Source: a virus. From it: a DNA stretch of 64,000 bases. A program made the position numbers and the translations under genes. Under the pieces are notes generated by a model. The model ran no database searches. It had not been told where the DNA came from and saw only the letters and a list, made by a program, of their open reading frames with translations. Below, in pieces: positions 1 through 7,853 of this stretch; positions within the stretch are counted from its first letter, which is position 1; each line of letters starts with the position of its first letter. The stretch lies in the IMG/VR virus record IMGVR_UViG_3300045256_000567; one strand, given 5' to 3'.

Positions 1-288
1 CTCCCTAGTTGACTTCACAACATTTTTGGTAACTTTATCAGTAAAATAATAATCATAAATATAATCAAAAGAAATTGAAAAATCACTTAAAGTCTTTGAT
101 AGATTTATTATAAAGAAAAAAATAGGCTCTATTGAAGTTTTTATATTTATTGGATACGCGCCAAAAAAATTATTTAAACCATATCTATAATATGCATTTA
201 AATAATCTTCGTCTTCCCTGGAAGATATATTTATTTGTACTATAGGGAAATCTTTTTTATAAAGAAAAAAGTCTGTAAATATTTGCAC
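1..288 (-). CDS. Hypothetical protein, 3'-truncated by window edge; GTG start, probably leaderless from the LE-junction promoter
   Basis: Open frame by manual translation from GTG at 288 to the window start (VQIFTDFFLYKKDFP...). TGTAAT -10 at 302-297, 8 nt upstream. Confidence 0.6.
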   Translation of the reverse strand, partial: MQIFTDFFLYKKDFPIVQINISSREDEDYLNAYYRYGLNNFFGAYPINIKTSIEPIFFFIINLSKTLSDFSISFDYIYDYYFTDKVTKNVVKSTRE

Positions 289-301
289 AGAAATATATTA
301 C

Positions 302-1533
302 AACATATGTTTGCAGAAAGCCTACGCTTTTAAGCGTAGGATGAATGCAAACAAACGCTTTGAATATGGTATAATGTTAGCAGGTAGTAATGATAAAGTC
401 TTTCAAATACCGACTGTATCCAACCAAGCCTCAGATAAAGGATTTAGAAAAAACCTTGTTTCTGTGTCGTCAACTGTACAATACTGCTTTGGAACAAAGA
501 AGGGAATTGTACAAAAACTACAAAAAGTCTATCACCTACTATGAACAAGATAAACAACTACCCAAAATAAAAACAGAGCGTCCAGAATACAAGAATGTAA
601 ATGCACAGGTTCTTCAGGATGTGCTGAAAAGGGTAGACAAAGCCTACCAAGGGTTTTTTAGGCGTATTAAAACGGGTGAAACACCTGGTTTTCCAAGGTT
701 CAAAGGTGAAAATAGGTACGATAGTTTCACCTTTCCTCAAGCAAGCTTGACAGGAATCAAGATTCAAGAAGGCAAAAACAGAGTTTTGGTTCATAGAATT
801 GGTTCTATAAAATGCAAGTTTCATAGACCGCTTAAAGGTCAAATAAAGACAGCTTCTATAAAAAGGGATGGTGATGAATGGTATGTCATTTTCACCTGTA
901 TCACAGAACCAAAGAAACTTCCTGAAAACCAAGATGCAGTTGGAATAGACCTTGGCACTAATCCAAACTTCCTAACCACCTCTAACAGTGAAATGGTTCC
1001 TGCTCCTAGGTATTTCAAGAATTCTGAAGATAGGCTTGCCAAAGCACAGAAAATAGTTTCAAAAAGAAAACCTGGTAGCAACAGAAGGAACAAGGCTAAG
1101 AAATTGGTTGCTAAAATCCACAAGAAAATAGCAAACCAAAGAAAGGATTTTCATCACAAGGTAGCAAAAGACTTGGTGAATAAATATGGAACCATAGTAC
1201 ACGAAGACCTAGATATAAAACAACTCGCCCAAACTAGAACAGCTAAAGGTGTCCTAGATGCAGGTTGGGCGCAATTCCTAGCAATACTTGCCTACAAAGC
1301 GGAAGAAGCTGGTAGTCAAGTAATAAAAGTAGATCCAAAATACACAAGCCAAGATTGTCCCGTTTGCGGTAACCGAGAAAAACATCCGCTTTGGGTACGT
1401 ACCTATACCTGCGCTAAATGCAACACAACCCTTCATCGGGATATTGCAGCAGCACAAAATATCTTGGCTAAGGCTCGGACGGAGCCTTCGCTAAATGCGA
1501 GAAGCCCAATTCTTTAGAATTGGGAGTCGTCAC
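302..1533 (+). mobile_element. IS200/IS605-family tnpB-only (IS1341-like) element, copy 1
   Basis: TTAC (298-301), 15 nt, AAAG, then LE hairpin CCTACGCTTTTAAGCGTAGG (321-340). RE is GAAG, hairpin CCCAATTCTTTAGAATTGGG (1505-1524), AGTCG, TCAC (1533). Same architecture as IS608 ends. Confidence 0.92.
390..1517 (+). CDS. tnpB: RNA-guided endonuclease TnpB (copy 1)
   Basis: N-terminal YRLYPT; RuvC motifs GIDLG, VHEDL, HRDIAAAQN; CPVC/CAKC zinc finger. Confidence 0.96.
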   Translation: MIKSFKYRLYPTKPQIKDLEKTLFLCRQLYNTALEQRRELYKNYKKSITYYEQDKQLPKIKTERPEYKNVNAQVLQDVLKRVDKAYQGFFRRIKTGETPGFPRFKGENRYDSFTFPQASLTGIKIQEGKNRVLVHRIGSIKCKFHRPLKGQIKTASIKRDGDEWYVIFTCITEPKKLPENQDAVGIDLGTNPNFLTTSNSEMVPAPRYFKNSEDRLAKAQKIVSKRKPGSNRRNKAKKLVAKIHKKIANQRKDFHHKVAKDLVNKYGTIVHEDLDIKQLAQTRTAKGVLDAGWAQFLAILAYKAEEAGSQVIKVDPKYTSQDCPVCGNREKHPLWVRTYTCAKCNTTLHRDIAAAQNILAKARTEPSLNARSPIL

Positions 1534-1574
1534 AATAGGTTTTTAGAAAGAGCATTTTTTAAGGTTTAAATCGT

Positions 1575-2375
1575 ATGTCAATAATAAAAAACTATTTTAC
1601 AAAAATTACGGAAACAAATTTTAATGAATTAGATTTTTTTAAATATCAACTTTCTCCTGAAAATTTAAAAAATAAAATATTTGAAGAGACAATTAAAAGA
1701 ATTAGCAACGATTCAATAAAATACTTTGATCTCCTAGATTGGAGTTTAGATAATTTTTCTATAGCAAAAGACAGTAATAATTGGACTATTTCTTCATACA
1801 TTAATAAAAACAAGCTTTCACTCCCACTTTTACCAACAAAAAATATTTTTTATTATGAATTGCTTCCTTTAACTACCGATAATGACTATATTTTTAATTT
1901 CATTTTTAATTCAAATGTTATAAACCCAACGTATATTTACGTATTTTTTGAAGAAAACGGTCAATATACAGATCAATTTTATTTAGATTCTAGCAGTTTT
2001 AACGATGCTGGAAATGGTCGTATTTTTATAAACGGACAGGTGTCTATTCCTAATCAAACTGGTAAATTAGGTCTTGTACTTTATAATTCATCTAAAACTA
2101 TGTTCAAAATTTATATTGATAAAATAGATAATAATTATTATTTTGTTCCCGACCTTAGTATAAATGTTTACAGCTATATAAATAATTTAAATCTTTTATA
2201 TAATTTATTTCCTATTTTTTATTATTCTAATTCTAACAATACATATTCGTATTCTTATACTATTCCGATTTCTTCCTCTTATGAAGTTTTATTAGCATCT
2301 ATACATTATAAAGATTCGTATATTCAAAAATATTATAAGACATATCTCCCGCCACAAAAAAATCCAAGTCAATAG
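1575..2375 (+). CDS. Hypothetical (possibly virion) protein
   Basis: 266-aa ORF, N/Y/F-rich, no recognised motif. Confidence 0.7.
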   Translation: MSIIKNYFTKITETNFNELDFFKYQLSPENLKNKIFEETIKRISNDSIKYFDLLDWSLDNFSIAKDSNNWTISSYINKNKLSLPLLPTKNIFYYELLPLTTDNDYIFNFIFNSNVINPTYIYVFFEENGQYTDQFYLDSSSFNDAGNGRIFINGQVSIPNQTGKLGLVLYNSSKTMFKIYIDKIDNNYYFVPDLSINVYSYINNLNLLYNLFPIFYYSNSNNTYSYSYTIPISSSYEVLLASIHYKDSYIQKYYKTYLPPQKNPSQ

Positions 2376-2378
2376 AAA

Positions 2379-2416
2379 GTGACTACTCCCAATTCTAAAG
2401 AAGTGGGAGTCGTCAC
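2379..2416. repeat. 38-bp RE-RE palindrome P1 between convergent genes; probable bidirectional terminator
   Basis: GTGACTACTCCCAATTCTAAAGAAGTGGGAGTCGTCAC; supplies the TGA stop of 2413..3510. Confidence 0.88.
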
Positions 2417-3510
2417 AAAAACCAAAAACTTTCTATGCTATGATTAATAAGATTATATACAAATATATACCAACAAGAAGTTGCAATTGAAGCAAATTCA
2501 TATATACCATAGTTTGTATCTTTTCCTATAGAGTATGGAAAAATATTCTCCTCCAGAAAATAAGATAATTTTTTAGATTCTTCATTAAATTCAATATTTT
2601 GTTTATATATAAAACTTTTTGCATAAAATGCCATGAAATAGCCACGGAACCAAATTTCAGTATTTGTGTTTGGATATCCTAAATTACTATTTAATTTTTT
2701 ATATATTATTGGAGATAGGTGACTTTTAAAGTCCCTTTCTCTAAAATATTCTTCTAAATATTTTATATTTGAATATAAATAATTTTTGTTTACTCCAATT
2801 TTATTCAAAAATATAGAACCCATAGTGTATGTATTTATATTTCCAGAATTAGAGTTTAAAATTTCTACCAATTTTTCTCCATCCCAAAAATTATTTAATA
2901 TAGAAGATTTCAAAGAATTGGCTTTCGAAAGATATGTAGGATTTTGTGTTACTGCATACACACTTTTTAAAGAAAAGTATGTGTATATGCTATCGTCCAA
3001 TAAATAAGAATTATACACATAAGTATTATCAAAAGAATTGTTTACATATACCCCATACCCTCCTCTTACCAAACCATTTTGTTGAATTTCTGAAACTAAG
3101 TAATCTGCTACAGATTTTATAAAATCTTTATTTTCGTTAGTTTGAAGTTCGTTAATAAAATTATAACTAACAGAAAGAGCTTCTAACATCCATGCAACAG
3201 ACCAATTCCTTATATATTCGTCTGAATGAAATCCGTAACAATAATAATAAAAGTTAAATGAATTTTTTGAATTTAAAAGTTTTTTAGACGTATTAAAAAT
3301 ATTAATGATATTATTTTTATAATAATCATTTTGGGTTACACGATATTCTGACACTAAAGAGAGTAATGTTGATGCTAAATTATTTAAATTAGTTTTAACT
3401 TCCTGAATGGAGCTTGTATTTATAGGAGGCGTAGGTATTGAGGGTGGAGGGGGCGGCGGGCTTCCGCAAATACTTGAACATTGTTGATATGTAATTATGT
3501 GAAGACTCAT
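2413..3510 (-). CDS. Hypothetical protein with CSSIC-polyPro N-terminus and possible (alpha/alpha)6 glycosidase-like domain
   Basis: 365 aa. NPTYLSKANSLKSSILNNFWDG and EIWFRG segments are reminiscent of six-hairpin glycosidase-like folds (weak). Confidence 0.6.
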   Translation of the reverse strand: MSLHIITYQQCSSICGSPPPPPPSIPTPPINTSSIQEVKTNLNNLASTLLSLVSEYRVTQNDYYKNNIINIFNTSKKLLNSKNSFNFYYYCYGFHSDEYIRNWSVAWMLEALSVSYNFINELQTNENKDFIKSVADYLVSEIQQNGLVRGGYGVYVNNSFDNTYVYNSYLLDDSIYTYFSLKSVYAVTQNPTYLSKANSLKSSILNNFWDGEKLVEILNSNSGNINTYTMGSIFLNKIGVNKNYLYSNIKYLEEYFRERDFKSHLSPIIYKKLNSNLGYPNTNTEIWFRGYFMAFYAKSFIYKQNIEFNEESKKLSYFLEENIFPYSIGKDTNYGIYEFASIATSCWYIFVYNLINHSIESFWFL

Positions 3511-3748
3511 AATTTTAAAAAAATTAGGCTTCTCGTATTTAGCGAAGACTTTGTCAGCGCCTTAGTCAAAACATTTTGTGCTGCTGCAATATTCCGATGA
3601 GGGGTTGTATTGCATTTGGTGCAGGTATTGGTTGTATACAGACGGTACTTTAAAGACTTGATCATTACTAAACTATATTGTATCATATTCAGAGTGCGCG
3701 TTTTCATTAACACTACACCTAAAGGTGTAAGCTTTCTGCAAACGTGTT
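3499..3748 (-). mobile_element. Internally deleted tnpB mini-element M1 (LE, fused tnpB 5'/3' ends, degenerate RE)
   Basis: TTAT at 3752-3749, LE hairpin, MIKSLKYRLY fused to TCTKCNTTPHRNIAAAQN, RE ending GAGTCTTCAC at 3499. Confidence 0.9.
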
Positions 3749-3794
3749 ATAATTTAGAAGGGAGGATGCAACGTTAAAACGCTGCTAACAACCA

Positions 3795-4259
3795 ATGAAG
3801 GTTACTTTATTAAAATTTTCAGATCCAAAAAAAGAGCAGGAATTCAATGAACAGATAGAAAATTATTCTGGTGCATTAATTGGATATTTTTTATCTTTTT
3901 ATTTAGTTGGTAGACTTTTAGAAAACGATAAATTAAAAGATAAAATTTATGAAAAATTTACATTTTTTAAAAGTAAAGAATTTTCAGAGTTTTTTTTAAA
4001 TTTAGAAGATATGATGCGTAAAGACGGCGAGGAAATTTTATCTACAGAGTCTTTAAAATCTATTAATCTTCTTACAAAAACAATAATCGGTACTTTTATA
4101 AATTTTTACCAAATTTTACTAAAAGAAAACGCGCAGATAAATTATTTAGATATAGATGAAAGTATATTGGAGTTACTTTCAGAGGGTGGAACGGACGGTG
4201 CGGAGGAGATGAAAGGAATTTTAGAAAAAATGACAATCACAAAGGCAATAGTTGCGTAG
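3795..4259 (+). CDS. Hypothetical protein
   Basis: 154-aa ORF downstream of the LE-junction TG-t-TATAAT (3745-3753). Confidence 0.75.
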   Translation: MKVTLLKFSDPKKEQEFNEQIENYSGALIGYFLSFYLVGRLLENDKLKDKIYEKFTFFKSKEFSEFFLNLEDMMRKDGEEILSTESLKSINLLTKTIIGTFINFYQILLKENAQINYLDIDESILELLSEGGTDGAEEMKGILEKMTITKAIVA

Positions 4260-4309
4260 AAAATTGTACCAGGCTTGATTTCACAGGATATAAATGGTAT
4301 ACTTTGGGC

Positions 4310-4579
4310 ATGCCTATTAAATACAACCCCTTCACAATGAAGTATGAGTTTGTTAACGAAGATTTTGAGCTTGTTCAGAACGAGTTTACTGGTCAGTATG
4401 AGTGGGGGCATCAAAAAGATTTATCTTATTCACCAAATCTCATGAAGTATTCTAAGAAAGGAAAAAAATTAGTAGAAAAATGGAATAATTTTACTAATAA
4501 ATATGAGTTTGTACCAGAAGATTGGGTTCTTAGACAGAATCCTTTTACCGGTAAGTATGAGTACGCCCCAAAAGATTAA
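4310..4579 (+). CDS. Small tandem-repeat protein (NPFTGKYE-type repeats)
   Basis: Five imperfect repeats. TTGATT-N17-TATACT promoter ends 6 nt before ATG 4310. Confidence 0.8.
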   Translation: MPIKYNPFTMKYEFVNEDFELVQNEFTGQYEWGHQKDLSYSPNLMKYSKKGKKLVEKWNNFTNKYEFVPEDWVLRQNPFTGKYEYAPKD

Positions 4580-4608
4580 CGAGCACAACAGAAATCCGTA
4601 CTCTCGCC

Positions 4609-4640
4609 GCCGCCTGTGAAGTTGACGCAGGCGGTTTTTT
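4609..4640 (+). terminator. Intrinsic terminator
   Basis: CCGCCTG...CAGGCGG stem followed by TTTTTT. Confidence 0.75.
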
Positions 4641-4701
4641 GTGGTACTGTATGTGGTACAGACACCGTCGCTGTGGCGAGTTAGATATGTGGAGGGGAAA
4701 A

Positions 4702-5286
4702 ATGGAAAAGATAAGTTTCGAATCAGATTTTGTTAAGGATTTAAATAACATAAAAAGTATCTTTAGAAATAAAATAGATGAAATACTAGACAACTATATT
4801 ATTTGTAATAACCATATTTTGTGCGTAGGAGCAGAAGAAATTTCTTTAAAACTAATAACAAATCCAAATATTTTAGCTATTTCTGATGATTCGCCCATAA
4901 TTATAACTAGGGCAAAATTTTATTTTGAAGATGATAACATATTTTTCTTAGATTCAGAGGAAAAATTTCCTCTGGAGAAATTATTTAAAAATACAGTTGT
5001 AAAAGAAATGTTTGAAGAAACAACAAATACTTTTAATTCTAAAGAATTTTATTTACAGAGATCTTTATATACTATATCTGTAAACGTATCTTCAGAAGAT
5101 TATAAAATGAATTTTTTAACTTTAGCCGATAAAGTTTTTTCTGGATCAAAATATGCTATTGAATTAGACTTGGCAGAAAAAAATGAAATTAAAGAAATAT
5201 CTATAGGAAATATATATGAAGAAATAAATCAAAAAAACATTTTTATTGTAAAATATAAAACACATCTAGAAGGTTTTAGTTTTTAG
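4702..5286 (+). CDS. Hypothetical protein
   Basis: Start reassigned to ATG 4702, after a GGAGGGG SD. Confidence 0.7.
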   Translation: MEKISFESDFVKDLNNIKSIFRNKIDEILDNYIICNNHILCVGAEEISLKLITNPNILAISDDSPIIITRAKFYFEDDNIFFLDSEEKFPLEKLFKNTVVKEMFEETTNTFNSKEFYLQRSLYTISVNVSSEDYKMNFLTLADKVFSGSKYAIELDLAEKNEIKEISIGNIYEEINQKNIFIVKYKTHLEGFSF

Positions 5287-5302
5287 AAAACTTAAAGTTC
5301 CT

Positions 5303-5836
5303 CTACAAAATTTTATATGTATAGTTAACAAAGTCATCAACTTTTTTTATTATATTATTCAAATCATCAACCTTTCCTTCAAATAATAAGTTATCATATT
5401 CATATAATTTTTGCAAAGTGTTTATTGAATATGCTATAACTGCAAGTATAAATGGCATATATAGTTTTTTATCTATTTCTAGAAATGAAAACATTTCTTC
5501 AATATCTTGTTCAAAGATAATATTTTCATTAATAGTAAATAGGTTTGCCCCTAAATAAAATAATTCATCTATTTTTATAGATTCTGCAAAAATAGATAAT
5601 TCCACAATTATCGATAATGTTTGTGCTTTTAATGACTCATATACTTTTACAGAGGGCCAATCTTCATAACTATTTTTTAATTTTTCTAAATAGACCTTTG
5701 CAAAATCTACATTTCTTGTATACAGGTTTTGTTTAATAAAAAGATGCATTTCAGAATTAAGGATATTATAATTTGGAGTTTTTGCTTCTATTGCTCCAAA
5801 TTTTTTCACCATATGCTTTAATGTTTCTTTAACCAT
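5303..5836 (-). CDS. Hypothetical protein
   Basis: 177-aa ORF coupled to the upstream gene. Confidence 0.7.
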   Translation of the reverse strand: MVKETLKHMVKKFGAIEAKTPNYNILNSEMHLFIKQNLYTRNVDFAKVYLEKLKNSYEDWPSVKVYESLKAQTLSIIVELSIFAESIKIDELFYLGANLFTINENIIFEQDIEEMFSFLEIDKKLYMPFILAVIAYSINTLQKLYEYDNLLFEGKVDDLNNIIKKVDDFVNYTYKIL

Positions 5837-6489
5837 CAGAAAATTTCCTCAAGAAAATAGTTTTTTTGAGCTAATGTGTTAATTAGCTTGTTATATTTTA
5901 CATCATACATATAAAATCCTCCTACAATATTTATATAATACGAAACTTCTGATAGATCATGTCTTATTGGATCAATGTATATGTGAATTTTTCTTTTTAT
6001 ATCTTTTGACGTTTTCTTTATAACCTCATCTAATGTTTCTTTTAAATTTCTTTTCCTTTGCTGAAACTCATGTTGTTTTATTTCTATATATACTAATAAA
6101 TATCCTTCTGACTCTACAAATATATTTCCTTGTAAACTTTTGAAAAATATTTTTGTATTTTCTCTATTTAAATTTTGAAAAATTTGTTTATCAATTTGTA
6201 TATCTAAAGAGATTAAATCTTTTTTATCATCAATATTTGTATTTTCTGAATCTATATTTTTATTAACATAAACATTTACATATCTTTTTTCTTCTGGTTT
6301 TGTAATCTTTAATTGAAATCTTTCATCTTTTAAAAAAACGTTAGATTCAAAAAATAAATTATTAAAAATTTTTTTTGCCATTAAATTGTATTGTTTGTAA
6401 AACCTTTTTAAACCTCTCTCTACACATTCTTCTTTAAATAAAATAATATCGGAAAAATTTAAAATAAGAGGTTTCTTATTTGATCCCAT
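5836..6489 (-). CDS. Hypothetical protein
   Basis: 217-aa ORF with GGAGG SD, downstream of an LE junction. Confidence 0.75.
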   Translation of the reverse strand: MGSNKKPLILNFSDIILFKEECVERGLKRFYKQYNLMAKKIFNNLFFESNVFLKDERFQLKITKPEEKRYVNVYVNKNIDSENTNIDDKKDLISLDIQIDKQIFQNLNRENTKIFFKSLQGNIFVESEGYLLVYIEIKQHEFQQRKRNLKETLDEVIKKTSKDIKRKIHIYIDPIRHDLSEVSYYINIVGGFYMYDVKYNKLINTLAQKNYFLEEIF

Positions 6490-6513
6490 TTTTTATTCCT
6501 CCAAAATTTTTAT

Positions 6514-6690
6514 AATACACGTTTGCAGAAAGCTTACACCTTTAGGTGTAGTGTTAATGAAAACGCGCACTCTGAATATGATACAATATAGTTTAGTAAT
6601 GATCAAGTCTTTCAAATACCGTCTGTATACAACCAATACCTGTGACAAAGCAGTGACGACTCCCAATTCTTTAGAATCTGGAGCCATCAC
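6514..6690 (+). mobile_element. Mini-element M2 (LE, tnpB stub, RE palindrome P2 at 6653-6690)
   Basis: TTAT at 6510-6513; LE nearly identical to M1; same CTGTATACAACCAATACCTG deletion junction; then GTGACGACTCCCAATTCTTTAGAATCTGGAGCCATCAC. Confidence 0.88.
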
Positions 6691-7057
6691 TTCTTAAAAA
6701 TTTATCTACCCCAAAAGAGTATTCTTTTTGTCTTTCTTCCTCATTTTTTATTTTATGCTGTACATAGGTGTCTACTATTACTGATATTTCATCTGTAAGA
6801 AATTTTAATTCAGATATTAAATCTCTATGCTCGCGAATTGACGTGGCATTATCAATTTTTTTTCTTATAGGATCTATAAAAAATAAATTTATATAATATA
6901 ATAAATCTTCTTCCACCTTCTCACTTCTTTTTTCTACTATATATGTATCAAAATAATATTCACATACATTAATTATTTTTTTCTCACACAAAAACTTGAT
7001 GTGATTAGAAATTGTAAAAATTATAGTTTTTATATCTGAATGATTAATTTCTAACAT
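6671..7057 (-). CDS. Hypothetical protein; C-terminus and stop encoded inside P2
   Basis: 128-aa ORF ending RSDGSRF* within the palindrome. Confidence 0.7.
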   Translation of the reverse strand: MLEINHSDIKTIIFTISNHIKFLCEKKIINVCEYYFDTYIVEKRSEKVEEDLLYYINLFFIDPIRKKIDNATSIREHRDLISELKFLTDEISVIVDTYVQHKIKNEEERQKEYSFGVDKFLRSDGSRF

Positions 7058-7853
7058 TTTTTAACCCCCTGCAAACTATGCTATAATTACATTCTAAACA
7101 ATTTGATCCTATTTTTTTAGGAAAATTGTTTGTTTTTATGGATTTTAATATTTCATTTATTGTTTTATTCAAAATTTTTCTCTCTGGAGAATTTTCATTA
7201 AATTTTCTAAAACTGGCAGAAAAGTTTTTAAAATTAAGCTCATAAAAGGTTGGATAATAATCTAATGAATTTAGTTTCTTTAACATTGAGGAATAAAAAT
7301 AAAATTGCAAAGACATTATAGAGCTATTAGATGTTGCTTTATCTGTATTTTTCAAATCAAAAATCACTAATTTATTGGTTTTTTTATCTAACATCACAAT
7401 ATCTATAAATCCTAAAAGAGTGATATTGTTTTTTAACTTTATTTCTAACTTTTTTTCTATTTCAACCACGTTAAATCTATCATTAATTATGGGTACTTTT
7501 TCTTTTAGTTTATTTAAAAAGTTTTTTATTTCATCTGAATTTTTAGACAATATGTAGTAATCAATATTTTCTTTACCTAAATTTACTTTTTTAGAGTTGA
7601 TAAATTTATTAAACTCATTAAATGAGTTTTCTACATTTGGGTAATCAAACAGAACCCATTTGTCCTCAATAAACTCTGCAAAAACAGAATAAAAAAGGTA
7701 ATGATATATGCTAGAAATACCTTTTGAGTTTATACTAGAATTTGTCTTTTTTATGTTACTGGCTTTCAAATAAGAATTATATGGACAAAATATGTATCCT
7801 TTAACTACAGATGGAGAAATAACAAAACCATTAAACGATATATTCTGAATCAT
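7044..7853 (-). CDS. PD-(D/E)XK RecB/Cas4-like nuclease
   Basis: GFIDIV...IFDLK motif, QFYFY, N-terminal CP and C-terminal CLECNYSIVC. Start uncertain. Confidence 0.8.
   Translation of the reverse strand: MIQNISFNGFVISPSVVKGYIFCPYNSYLKASNIKKTNSSINSKGISSIYHYLFYSVFAEFIEDKWVLFDYPNVENSFNEFNKFINSKKVNLGKENIDYYILSKNSDEIKNFLNKLKEKVPIINDRFNVVEIEKKLEIKLKNNITLLGFIDIVMLDKKTNKLVIFDLKNTDKATSNSSIMSLQFYFYSSMLKKLNSLDYYPTFYELNFKNFSASFRKFNENSPERKILNKTINEILKSIKTNNFPKKIGSNCLECNYSIVCRGLKNVRN

Noticed and set aside
311-544. ORFs beginning MQKAYAFKRRMNA (also 20147..20431 and the first 28 aa of 52128..55337)
   Set aside because: These are translations of the LE sequence from a TTG inside TTTGCAG. One overlaps tnpB out of frame and one overlaps a tRNA antisense.
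558-1123. Conserved antisense ORFs repeated in all three tnpB copies
   Set aside because: Shadow frames. Their recurrence is explained by tnpB nucleotide identity.
390-1517. Nuclease-dead TnpB (TldR-type regulator)
   Set aside because: All three RuvC acidic residues (GID, HED, RD) are present in all three copies.
4585-4620. tmRNA-like tag (CTCGCCGCC, LAA)
   Set aside because: There is no stop after the LAA codons and no tRNA-like domain nearby.
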